The notes beneath the pieces are model-generated. The model searched no databases, was not told where the DNA came from, and saw only the letters and a program-made list of their open reading frames with translations. From NCBI GenBank assembly GCA_036264085.1, contig DATARR010000012.1:34260-98259 (forward strand): DNA of 64,000 bases. The letters are read 5' to 3'. The DNA is from Thermoanaerobaculia bacterium (GTDB lineage: Bacteria; Acidobacteriota; Thermoanaerobaculia; Multivoradales; UBA5704). Both the position numbers and the translations under genes were made by a program. This document shows, piece after piece, positions 29,305-37,908 of the stretch; the first letter of the stretch is position 1; the number at the start of each line of letters is the position of its first letter.

Positions 29305-30375
29305 TCAGCGGAAAGAGCTGGCCGTCGGAGTGACCTGTCCCGGCACCGCGTGAGCTCCCGCCGGGGCCGGAGATCCGTTCCGGCTCAACAGGAACCAGCC
29401 GGTGGCCAGCACGAAGACCATCAGCAGGAGGGTGACCGCGAGCAGCAGGAGGGCTTGGCGGTGGTCCCGCTCGCCGGCGTCTCCGGCGTTGGAGCGGGTC
29501 CGGGCCGGCGCCGCGGCGACGGGCCGGGGAGCGCCGGGGAGGACCTCCAGCCGTCCTTCCGTGGGGAGCGGCTGGATCGTCCGGGGCCGGACCCCGGAGC
29601 TGTTGTCCGTGCGGGCCGCCTCGCGCAGGGCCTCCGCCATCTCCGCGGCGCTGGCGTAGCGGGCGGCGGGCTCCTGGCTGGTGGCGCGGGCCAGGACCCG
29701 GAAGAGCGGATCCCGCACCCCCAGGCCGCCCTGGCTCCGCAGCGAGCCGGCGAAGGTCAGGCGCCGCAGCAGCGAGCCCACGGCATAGAGGTCGCTCTGC
29801 ACCGTGTAGAGCTCCCCCGCGAGCTGTTCGGGGGGCAGGGTGAGCAGCGGATCGAAGACGAGCTGCGTCAAGCCGAAGCCGGTGAGCACCAGGTGCCCCT
29901 CCGGCGCGAGGATGACCTCGTCCTCGGCGATGTGGCGGTGCAGGATTCCCTCGGCATGGCCCTCGGCGAGGATCTCCAGGAGCTGGCTCCCCCAGTCGAT
30001 CAGCGTCGCCCGGTCCGGCCGCTCACCCTGAGCGAGCAGCTCGTGCAGGGAACGCCCCTCGGTCTCGGCGAAGGCCACCAGCAGCGAGCCGTCGTGCTCG
30101 GCGACCTCCAGCAGGGCGGGCAGACCGCGATGGTAGATTCGTCCCAGGGCCTCGGTCTCGGCGAGCAGGATTTCCCACGAGGCGGCCTCCTGCCAGGAGC
30201 CCGGCCGCGAGGCCGGAATCACCTTCAGGATCGACGTCCGGTCGCTGCGGGTGTCCGCCGCGAGATAGGCCGTACCGAACGGCGCCGGCCCCAGGTCCTC
30301 CAGGACCTGATAGGGACCGATCTCCCGCACTCCTCGGCTGACTGGTGTAGATAGCATCCCCATGGCTCGCTCCAT
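29305..30375 (-). CDS. Membrane-anchored Ser/Thr protein kinase-like protein (probable pseudokinase)
   Basis: ATG at 30375 (MERAMGML). Kinase fold motifs YQVLEDLGPAPFGTAY, ILKVI, ETEALGRIYH. HRD is replaced by HRH (ILHRHIAEDEV) and DFG by GFG (LTGFGLT). C-terminal TM helix ALLLLAVTLLLMVFVLATGWFLL. The track start at 30798 is a GC-driven extension. Confidence 0.75.
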   Translation of the reverse strand: MERAMGMLSTPVSRGVREIGPYQVLEDLGPAPFGTAYLAADTRSDRTSILKVIPASRPGSWQEAASWEILLAETEALGRIYHRGLPALLEVAEHDGSLLVAFAETEGRSLHELLAQGERPDRATLIDWGSQLLEILAEGHAEGILHRHIAEDEVILAPEGHLVLTGFGLTQLVFDPLLTLPPEQLAGELYTVQSDLYAVGSLLRRLTFAGSLRSQGGLGVRDPLFRVLARATSQEPAARYASAAEMAEALREAARTDNSSGVRPRTIQPLPTEGRLEVLPGAPRPVAAAPARTRSNAGDAGERDHRQALLLLAVTLLLMVFVLATGWFLLSRNGSPAPAGAHAVPGQVTPTASSFR

Positions 30376-30467
30376 GCGCTTCGGGTCGACCGCCAGACCT
30401 CTGGGGACCCGAAGCTGCAAGCTCCATGCAAGGCCGGCGGCGGGACGGCGCCTGATCGGAGACGATC

Positions 30468-31189
30468 TCAGGAGCCCTCGAGCCGATGTCTTTCGTCTAC
30501 TTCTGAAGTGCGTAGGGTGGGGTGAAGTGGGACAGTGCCGGCGCGTCCGTCGCCTGCGAGCAGATGCCGCTGCTCGCGATCCAGCTCGGCCCGCAGTACT
30601 TCCTCCGACGGCAGCACCAGCCGGTACTTGCTGGCGAAGAGCTGCTCGCTGCCGTGCAGGACGGCCTTGAGCGCGAAGAGCACGAAGCACTTGAGCAGAT
30701 AGTTGTAGAAAACGAGATCCAGATAGAAGTCCTTCGACTCGGTGCTGATGCGCTGCTGCCGGGCGACGAAGGCGAAGCCCTTGCCGAGCTCCTACCATTC
30801 CCGTGCCCTGGGGTCTTCCACCCGCAGCAGGGTTCGGTAGTGCGGCCAGCTCAATTCGTGACGCAGTGCGTCACACTTCGGGAAGGCCTGGTAGACAGCC
30901 TCATGTAGCGGAGGTTGGAGACGTCGAACCCTTTCCCATACTCCGTCGTCAGACGCTCCGCCAGTTGCGAGAGCAACCGCGCTCCATACGCGGCGCGATC
31001 TGCCCCGCCCTGTTCGAGCTCCACGATGTGCCGTCCCACCTCCCAGCAGGTCCGCACCTGCACCGCGTCGACCGCGCGCAGGGCCTGCTGCCGGGCCTCC
31101 TGAATCAGAGTGCGCAACTGCCCGAGCAACCCGTCGAAAGCGGGCGGAGCCGCCAGCGCCGAGGCCTCCCGTCTGACAGCCTTCTTCAT
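30468..31189 (-). pseudogene. Decayed YhcG/DUF1016 PD-(D/E)XK nuclease gene
   Basis: N-terminal part is intact (LIQEARQQALRAVDAVQVRTCWEVGRHIVELEQGGADRAAYGARLLSQLAERLTTEYGKGFDVSNLRYMR). It then shifts frame (YQAFPKCDALRHELSWPHYRTLLRVEDPRAREW) and lacks the middle of the family. The C-terminal pieces (ELGKGFAFVARQQRISTESKDFYLDLVFYNYLLKCFVL / EQLFASKYRLVLPSEEVLRAELDRE) are joined by an internal deletion. Confidence 0.75.
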
Positions 31190-31370
31190 AAGCCCTCACC
31201 TCGTCGCGGAAGGCGACGCTCATCTCGCGCCGGGGTGGCACAGAGTTGTGACACCGGAGTCTTCCCTGGCCGGCAATAGTAGCCAAGTTTGGGGACGGCA
31301 GGAAGCGCCCGTCATCGCAGAGCCGGTCCGTCCCCCCTCCGAGCCGGGCCAGCCCCTGCGCCGTTGACAC

Positions 31371-31750
31371 GCGGTCGCTATGCCATCGCGGAACCTCGCC
31401 CGCGGAACCTCGCCCGAGACGATCGAGCAGGAGACCGTGTCAACTCCGGCCGCAGCCTGGGGCTTCTTGAGGCCCAACGGGCCGCCCTCCCTCAGCCCGG
31501 GGCAACGCCCTGGGTCTCAGGGAGATCGGAAATCATCGATGCGGCCTGAAGGGCCGCGCTAAGCTGCGCCGCCGAGGCGCGGTCATGGCATCGCGGAAAC
31601 CGCCCGAGACAATCGCGCAGGGGATCGTGTCGGCTCCGGCCCCGACCTGAAGGATTCCTGAGGCCCAACGGGCGCCCTCCCTCAGCCCGGGGCAACGCCT
31701 GGGTCTCAGGGAGATCGGAAATCATCGATGCGGCCTAAAGGGCCGCGCTA
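31371..31750. repeat. Tandem direct duplication of a ~180-190-bp unit at the left edge of the low-GC island
   Basis: Copy 1 is 31371..31561 and copy 2 is 31577..31750. The last ~90 bp of each is nearly identical (ggcccaacggg(c)cgccctccctcagcccggggcaacgcc(c)tgggtctcagggagatcggaaatcatcgatgcggcct(g/a)aagggccgcgcta). Confidence 0.85.
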
Positions 31751-31803
31751 CGCCTTAGGGAGCCGGCTTGATCCACCGGCTCAATCCAACATACACTTCC
31801 CAC

Positions 31804-32043
31804 ATGAAGGCCGTACAGATTATGTTTGACGAAGATCTCCTCGCCGAATTGGATGAGACCGCCGACGTTCGTGAAAAGGGGCGGTCCGCGGTGCTGCGGC
31901 AACTCACCAGCGACTTCCTGCGCCAACGTCGCGAACGTGAGATCGATGCTCAGTACGAGCGCGCCAATGCGGGGGGCGAGGAGCCGCTCGGAAAGGACTT
32001 CGAGGGGTGGGAAGAAGTGCTGATGCTCTCTCGACAAACCTGA
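31804..32043 (+). CDS. Ribbon-helix-helix (CopG-family) protein, orphan antitoxin-like
   Basis: From the ATG at 31804: MKAVQIMFDEDLLAELDETADVREKGRSAVLRQLTSDFLRQ is a typical RHH beta-alpha-alpha region, with an acidic tail (GEEPLGKDFEGWEE). No intact toxin ORF in the following 170 nt. Confidence 0.65.
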   Translation: MKAVQIMFDEDLLAELDETADVREKGRSAVLRQLTSDFLRQRREREIDAQYERANAGGEEPLGKDFEGWEEVLMLSRQT

Positions 32044-32213
32044 GCGAAGGCGGCTCGGCAGCCCAACTTGCCGTAGCCAAGCATCTCGTTGGATTCCAGC
32101 GTGTCGAGATCGGCCAGGAACTGCAATTGCGGGCGGGTCTCGCATCATCCTCGGGAATCCCCGTAGGACCGAGCGAGGACCACATTTGCGGCTTTCGATA
32201 AGAGTTCCCTGGG

Positions 32214-34211
32214 TCAAATTAGCAGATTTGTCTGCTCAACATCCCTGACAGGCAAACGGACCCTCGCTCCATGCTCAATTGGGTGGACAAGGGTATGTCG
32301 GCGAACATCATCGAGTACTCCTGGTTTCGCGATACGCTTCAGGAGCCAACGGCCAGCCCACCAATTGATAAGATTCTGGCTGGACTGGTTGGGCGCCTTT
32401 AAGCTAAACAGATACTTTGGTCTGGATTCCTGTCCTAGGAGGTACTCTTTTAAATTTGACACCAGGTTCACTCCAAACATCGCCTTTTGTTGACCATGCC
32501 TTAGGAGGGCCTCCTCGTTAAAACCAAGAGCGGCTAGCCCATCTCGCAAAGCTCTCATTTTGGGATTGGCCCCCTCACCGAATATGTAGTTTACCCTCTG
32601 CCCATTCCGTGTAGACTTTAGAAAGCCGGTGATCGCTCTCATCGTCTCTTGGCTGAACTGGTATGTCCCCCAACCCACGGTGTTGTCGATGTATCGATAT
32701 TTAATGGGCTGCCCCAATTTTCCCCCAAGAGTCTGAGCAGGAATAGAAATACTACTGTATTGGCATGGTAACTCGCCGTACAAACTCGTTGTGCCGACAA
32801 AGACGAGATCAGCTGGCCTGACTATTGGACGCCCTGCCATTGATGATGCAATTACGCTCGGCGAATCGCAATATCGCGCCCGATTTGCCAAAATCGCCTC
32901 AGGACTTACTGCGAGCATAGCCACTAATTTGCCCACCACCAATGGATTATACGGGGGAATAGCGCCGCAAACTGTCAGATCAGCGATAGCAGTGCCAACG
33001 CGAACCGCTTTTGCTAGACGGACAAGGTCAGCTATAGCCTTTTTACCATCTGGGGCCGCGACTAATCTGCGGATGGCTTCCCGGTTTGCTCCCCCTCCAA
33101 GAAAGCTTCGAACGATTTTTCTTGCCCAGAGGAGGTTGGCGAGTTCCACCGCTCTCTTGCTGCGGAAGAGTGGAGTCATAGATTGTTTCACCCAATAGTC
33201 TGTAGTCAACGGGGATCTCTCGACAGCCTTATGGTCCTCTGGGTCCGTTACTCGGTGATGCTGAGTTCTTCGCTTACTAGCCTCCTCCCGAAGAGTTGCA
33301 ATGACGGCCTCTGTGGGATTCTCTAGGACCTTTGGAGTTATGAGTTCGTCTTCAATAAAGTCGACCTTGTAGATCTCTCCGAGCCTGTTCTCTATGACAG
33401 ATTCCAGCCAAGCATTGGTCCGCGTGGGTGAAATGTTCGGAAATTCTTGCAGAACCTTCTCAGCTTCCCAGCCTATGAAATCGTCTCTGTTACGTAACTT
33501 CACAGCGGAACTGCTAAGGCACCCAATCCCCATCACGGTATGCAAGGGTGTGGCGGCATCTCGAAGAAGAAAGGTCATCGAGCGGCCGGGTACGCTCTGA
33601 TAGGGATTCGTCCAGGTAAGTCGAAAGTATCTCCATATGTCTGAGAGAGGGATTCCTGTATACTCGCAAGTCGTGTCGCTCTCAACAAACTGAAGGTATG
33701 GTTTGATTACATCTTCAGCTTGAATCCGGCCAGACTGGACGCCCATCAAGGAATCTGCCAATTCTCGACCATCCCGCATCAGAGAAAAAATAGACACACG
33801 TCTTCCCTCAAACCAATGTGGTCTTTCCATTTTGCGAACAAATGATTGAACCGCAAGAGTGCGCAGTTGCTCTGTCCGCTGAGCGACGAGTTGAAGCCTT
33901 CTCAACTCTCTCTCGCCCATTCTAGTCTTGGCCGCCGTGGTGGCTTGGGATTCGAAGTTCCATCCTTGACGCAGGAGATCGGCTACAACATTCACAATCG
34001 CAACGCGTTTCAGGATTGCCTCTCGGGCGCTTTTGTTCGTCCGGCGGACATAAGCACGGCGTAAGCGCTCGATCTCGTCGTTCCACTCTGCAGAGCCGGG
34101 TGGTGCATTTGTTTTGGTCAGAACCTCGTAAAACTCCAATACCACTTCATGAGCGAGTTGATCGCTGTCGGAGTATTCAATTCCAATTGAAGAGAGGAAA
34201 TCCTTATCCAT
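32214..34211 (-). CDS. DUF4338/DruA-like protein (last gene of island operon)
   Basis: 665 aa, about 50% GC. DIWRYFRLTWTNPYQSVPGRSMTFLLRDAATPLHTVMGIGCLSSSAVKLRNRDDFIGW, CGAIPPYNPLVVGKLVAMLAVSP and LVFVGTTSLYG...TVGWGTYQFS parallel the DUF4338 pattern I recall (GSAAW..ARD.FIGW ... ETFVD..F.GT.Y.AANW..G.T.G). GAGGTG RBS. Starts 9 nt after the upstream gene. Confidence 0.7.
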   Translation of the reverse strand: MDKDFLSSIGIEYSDSDQLAHEVVLEFYEVLTKTNAPPGSAEWNDEIERLRRAYVRRTNKSAREAILKRVAIVNVVADLLRQGWNFESQATTAAKTRMGERELRRLQLVAQRTEQLRTLAVQSFVRKMERPHWFEGRRVSIFSLMRDGRELADSLMGVQSGRIQAEDVIKPYLQFVESDTTCEYTGIPLSDIWRYFRLTWTNPYQSVPGRSMTFLLRDAATPLHTVMGIGCLSSSAVKLRNRDDFIGWEAEKVLQEFPNISPTRTNAWLESVIENRLGEIYKVDFIEDELITPKVLENPTEAVIATLREEASKRRTQHHRVTDPEDHKAVERSPLTTDYWVKQSMTPLFRSKRAVELANLLWARKIVRSFLGGGANREAIRRLVAAPDGKKAIADLVRLAKAVRVGTAIADLTVCGAIPPYNPLVVGKLVAMLAVSPEAILANRARYCDSPSVIASSMAGRPIVRPADLVFVGTTSLYGELPCQYSSISIPAQTLGGKLGQPIKYRYIDNTVGWGTYQFSQETMRAITGFLKSTRNGQRVNYIFGEGANPKMRALRDGLAALGFNEEALLRHGQQKAMFGVNLVSNLKEYLLGQESRPKYLFSLKAPNQSSQNLINWWAGRWLLKRIAKPGVLDDVRRHTLVHPIEHGARVRLPVRDVEQTNLLI

Positions 34212-34220
34212 GTAGCACCT

Positions 34221-35945
34221 CTAGGGCTTTAATAGAACGTCAAGAACTTCGCTCCACTCGCGGCGAAAGTTCGCGATCACCTTGCGCTCGGCGGCTGAGG
34301 TGGCTGCAATCTCTGCCCGAACTGCTGACAGGAGAAGGAGTTGCATTGCAAGGAGAGTTTCCTCCGGCTTGCGGGAATCACCCTCTAGTAGAGGTCTGTA
34401 AACCTGCTTATAGAATCGGTGCTTCGGGTTGACTACGAGTGTGATACGACCATCATCAAATATTGGAAAAATGAAAGATGATTCTCCGAGATCATCCTCA
34501 ACGATCCTATAATCCCGGTTTCCCGCTGTGGGTGAGGTTTCGCGTAATGAGGCATGACGTCGACGGAGCCGTTGCGCCATCTGTTGGTGCTCCTCAGGTA
34601 AGGCTCTATGGCGTATTTCCCGGAGGTGATGATCCTTCCCCGCGGCCAAAGTTTCTGCAGATCTCGCTTGTACTCTTGTTTTAAGGGCGAGGTGAGTCTG
34701 CCTCACGCGCGCGTTCAGCGCGCGAGCCATGTCTCCCATGTCGGGCGAGAGCACCTCGATTAGGGACTCTTGAGGTCTGACTTGTTGTTTGGTGTGCGTG
34801 ATGCCAAAGAGTTCGTCTAGCTCTGGCTCGAACCTGATTTCCGCACGCCACCAATCATCATAATTCTCGCGTCGTTTATCAGCTAAAAAGAACCAACCAT
34901 AATCTATTTCGCGACCACCTCGGACTATGGATACGCCTGCGCCATTAGTAATGCCTAATCTGCGCTTCTCATCATTGGGAAGAGAGTGCCAATCCTCGAT
35001 CGGCAGTTCAGAAAAAGTAACAGTAACTATTCCAGTGCTTGCCTTGGCAGAAGGCACCGGTGCTCGCACTTCATATTCTAGGGGTTCTGCGAATACTTCC
35101 CCTCCGGCGGTCACTGAAGGTTGGCGAACATACAGTGGGTCGACAGGAATAATTTGGTCGCCGTTTACATCTATCTCGACTCCATCCCAGAGAAAATAGC
35201 GAAAGACACGGCCAAGGGCCAGTTTGAGCTTCTGCTCGAGGGTAGAGATACGGCGGTTCTCTAGGCGATCACATTGGCTCCAGACGACGAGCGTTCCGGA
35301 AGAGGTCTCCGTCGTCTGAGCCCAGAGAGGCAAGCGAGTTCGCCGAGGAGAAGGTACCCTAGAAGTTTCCCCAGAGACAATTTCTTCCAGATCTAGGTAA
35401 GTGAACAGAGTCTTCCCTGGCTCCAACCATGAGTAGACTTCAACACGCCGAGCTTGACTTAGGGAGGCATTGGGTAGTCCCATGCCATAACGACCCAGGC
35501 CCGAACGGTCATCAAAGCGGCTACTCCCGCCAAAGCGAAGCGACTGCCTTAGCGTATGAGCGTCCATCCCGTGGCCATTGTCTAGAACCGCGATGACAAT
35601 AGAGTGCTCGGTCTCTTCATCGCTGCGTCGGATGAAAATGGAGATGGTCCGTGCTAGTGCTTGAAGGGAGTTGTCTACCAATTCGCTAATAGCGCTCACA
35701 GTACCTTTGTAGCCGGAATCCCGAGTCGCCTGGATGAATTTGTCCAGGGCAATGACCGAGTACTCGCCCGTTGGTTTCACCTTGTGCCCCTCGCCTTCCT
35801 CAGAAAAAGGATGCGTCGGGTGCCCTGAACCGGCGTCCATGTCTGTTGGGTCGGAGAACCGGACCACCTCTCCCCCGAACTCGGTTAGGCCCGACTGCGG
35901 CAGAAGTATACCGAATGGCGTATCCATGAGAAGCCCCCCATGCAT
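34221..35945 (-). CDS. MORC-like GHKL ATPase (HATPase_c_3 type), paralog 2
   Basis: N-box AISELVDNSLQA, G1 VLDNGHGM, G2 GRYGMGLPNAS. Downstream DELFGITHTKQQV and NPKHRFYKQVYRP are shared with the upstream paralog. Confidence 0.85.
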   Translation of the reverse strand: MHGGLLMDTPFGILLPQSGLTEFGGEVVRFSDPTDMDAGSGHPTHPFSEEGEGHKVKPTGEYSVIALDKFIQATRDSGYKGTVSAISELVDNSLQALARTISIFIRRSDEETEHSIVIAVLDNGHGMDAHTLRQSLRFGGSSRFDDRSGLGRYGMGLPNASLSQARRVEVYSWLEPGKTLFTYLDLEEIVSGETSRVPSPRRTRLPLWAQTTETSSGTLVVWSQCDRLENRRISTLEQKLKLALGRVFRYFLWDGVEIDVNGDQIIPVDPLYVRQPSVTAGGEVFAEPLEYEVRAPVPSAKASTGIVTVTFSELPIEDWHSLPNDEKRRLGITNGAGVSIVRGGREIDYGWFFLADKRRENYDDWWRAEIRFEPELDELFGITHTKQQVRPQESLIEVLSPDMGDMARALNARVRQTHLALKTRVQARSAETLAAGKDHHLREIRHRALPEEHQQMAQRLRRRHASLRETSPTAGNRDYRIVEDDLGESSFIFPIFDDGRITLVVNPKHRFYKQVYRPLLEGDSRKPEETLLAMQLLLLSAVRAEIAATSAAERKVIANFRREWSEVLDVLLKP

Positions 35946-36084
35946 GCCCGTGGCTGTCGACTAGATCTTCGAGATAAGGCAAGATTCGCGCCAATCCTCC
36001 GCCCAGTAGGGGACTCTAGGGTCGCTAAGTTGGGTCGACCAGCCTAGAGTACCCTGGCCCCTACATCCCTAGCAGCGGGGTCTT

Positions 36085-37893
36085 CTAAGACTCGTCTGTA
36101 TACAGTGCCTCCGCCACGGCGTTGGCTTTGTCTGAGAGGGCTTGGTCGCTGACGAGTGCGTCCAAGGCATGGCGAAGGCGTTCGGACCACGACTGGCGAG
36201 CTGCTTTATAGAAAACTTCCGACGCGCCTTCTGCTTCGAGTTCGCCGTCGGCTAATACCAAAAGGAGCACCTCAAGGGCGGAGCGCACTTGAGGGTGGGG
36301 TTCGTATACCTTTTGATAAAAGGGATGATTCGTGTTTAGTACTACTCGCTTCTGCTCGCCAAGGCGCAGTGGACTGAAGAAAGGGCCTTCCTTAACTGCA
36401 TCGAACAAGATCCGCCAGCGGTGCTCCTTAGCCTCACCTTCCAACTGCTTTAGAACTTCGTCAGCCTGCCGGCCTGTTGCGGCAGCAATCTGCTGTGCCT
36501 CATTCTGGAGATTCTTGCGGCCTTCCTCCCTCTTCCGGACCGATTGTTCTCTTTTCCGGAGTTTGAACTTTTCGGCTTCTTCCATCGCCTGCTCGCTGGC
36601 CTTACGACCATCAATCGCTTTTGCTTCGCTGCGGACTGCTTCATCCTTCTCGATTAGCCGGTCGCGGGCGGCGCGGAGATCTTTGACGAGTTGTATTAGC
36701 GCTCCTCCTCCCTTGCCGTTGTGTAGTAGCTTTTCCCACATTGATTCTGCGATCGTTATCTGCTGCTTCGCGGTGGTAATTCCGAAGAATTCGTCGAGCG
36801 AAGCATCGAAGTCGATCTCCACTTTAATGTTGGCGTCGTAGGTTTGGAACTTGGTCCAGCGAGGTGGAACGGAGTCGATCTGGCGACCTTCCCGGCAGAT
36901 TAGAAGAGCGTTATACTCTCGCATAATTGGCCAGCGGCTGTTTGTGTTACTGCTGTCGGTGCGAAGTGGATCGACTCGCTGGAAAGTCGGCGGTAACAGT
37001 GAAGCCCGAATTCTTACGGCACCCACTCGGCCCTCTGCTGTAGAGACGTCGAACGTACGGGCCTCGAAGCGAATGGCGCGGTCGGACGTCTCGTCGAAAA
37101 GGCGGCCATGCTCCATGAGGAAGAGTGGATCTACAACCTGTGTCGGCGCACGGTCGACGAAGATACTTCTTTCGGGCATCCAGTGTCGATAGATTACCCC
37201 TAAATGTTGGTGAAGTTTGGTGGTGATCGACTTTCTGGTAACCCAACCTGGGAGCCTCTTCAGGCGATCGAGGTCCTCCAATACGATCACTGTTCCAGAA
37301 TCGATAGAGTGAAGGTCAATCGTCTCTGTTCCTTCTAAAATCCAGCGAGGGAGGGATTTCTTCTGAGGAGTCAATAGCTTCTCGATTTTCTCGGCACTAT
37401 CCGCAGAGCCTGCAATTTTGGAGATGTCTACTGAAACTGCGTGCCAGTTGCTGCCAGCGATTTTTGAGTATACCGTATAGCGGCATGCAAGGCTGACGGC
37501 TGACGTGGGAAGACCATATCCGTACCGACCGAACCCAGACCTGTCGTCTTCCCGGTCAGTGCCGCCCCATCGAACGGCGTAGCCAATCATGTCCGGAATC
37601 ATTCCGTTTCCGTCATCGACGATAGCGATCTGGTTGGGCTTACTTTCGGTGGTATTAGCTTCTTTGAATCCATAGCATATTTCAACGGTCGTCGCCGACG
37701 CTTGCATAGCATTGTCGACCAATTCGGCGATTGCCCAGGCGGGATTCTTATAGCCAATGTCGCGCATTCCTCGAAGGAACGCGTCGGCGAATACAATCCC
37801 CGCCCCGGGGGCCCTTCTCTTCATTGTCTCGACATAGTTCTTTTGGCGCTGCGTTGTATCCATAATAGTGGTGGACTCATGTGGGTTAGGCAT
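36085..37893 (-). CDS. MORC-like GHKL ATPase (HATPase_c_3 type), paralog 1
   Basis: N-box AIAELVDNAMQA, G1 IVDDGNGM, G2 GRYGYGLPTS, then DEFFGITTAKQQI, a charged coiled-coil-like stretch (KASEQAMEEAEKFKLRKREQSVRKREEGRKNLQNEAQQ) and NTNHPFYQKVYEP. RBS GAAAGGAAAG. Confidence 0.85.
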   Translation of the reverse strand: MPNPHESTTIMDTTQRQKNYVETMKRRAPGAGIVFADAFLRGMRDIGYKNPAWAIAELVDNAMQASATTVEICYGFKEANTTESKPNQIAIVDDGNGMIPDMIGYAVRWGGTDREDDRSGFGRYGYGLPTSAVSLACRYTVYSKIAGSNWHAVSVDISKIAGSADSAEKIEKLLTPQKKSLPRWILEGTETIDLHSIDSGTVIVLEDLDRLKRLPGWVTRKSITTKLHQHLGVIYRHWMPERSIFVDRAPTQVVDPLFLMEHGRLFDETSDRAIRFEARTFDVSTAEGRVGAVRIRASLLPPTFQRVDPLRTDSSNTNSRWPIMREYNALLICREGRQIDSVPPRWTKFQTYDANIKVEIDFDASLDEFFGITTAKQQITIAESMWEKLLHNGKGGGALIQLVKDLRAARDRLIEKDEAVRSEAKAIDGRKASEQAMEEAEKFKLRKREQSVRKREEGRKNLQNEAQQIAAATGRQADEVLKQLEGEAKEHRWRILFDAVKEGPFFSPLRLGEQKRVVLNTNHPFYQKVYEPHPQVRSALEVLLLVLADGELEAEGASEVFYKAARQSWSERLRHALDALVSDQALSDKANAVAEALYTDES

Positions 37894-37908
37894 TCTGCTT
37901 TCCTTTCG

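Noticed and set aside
32044-32213. A toxin gene downstream of the orphan RHH gene (track ORFs 32007..32201(+) and 31735..32217(-)).
   Set aside because: Neither translation shows PIN, MazF, RelE or ParE-like motifs. The region is probably a non-coding remnant.
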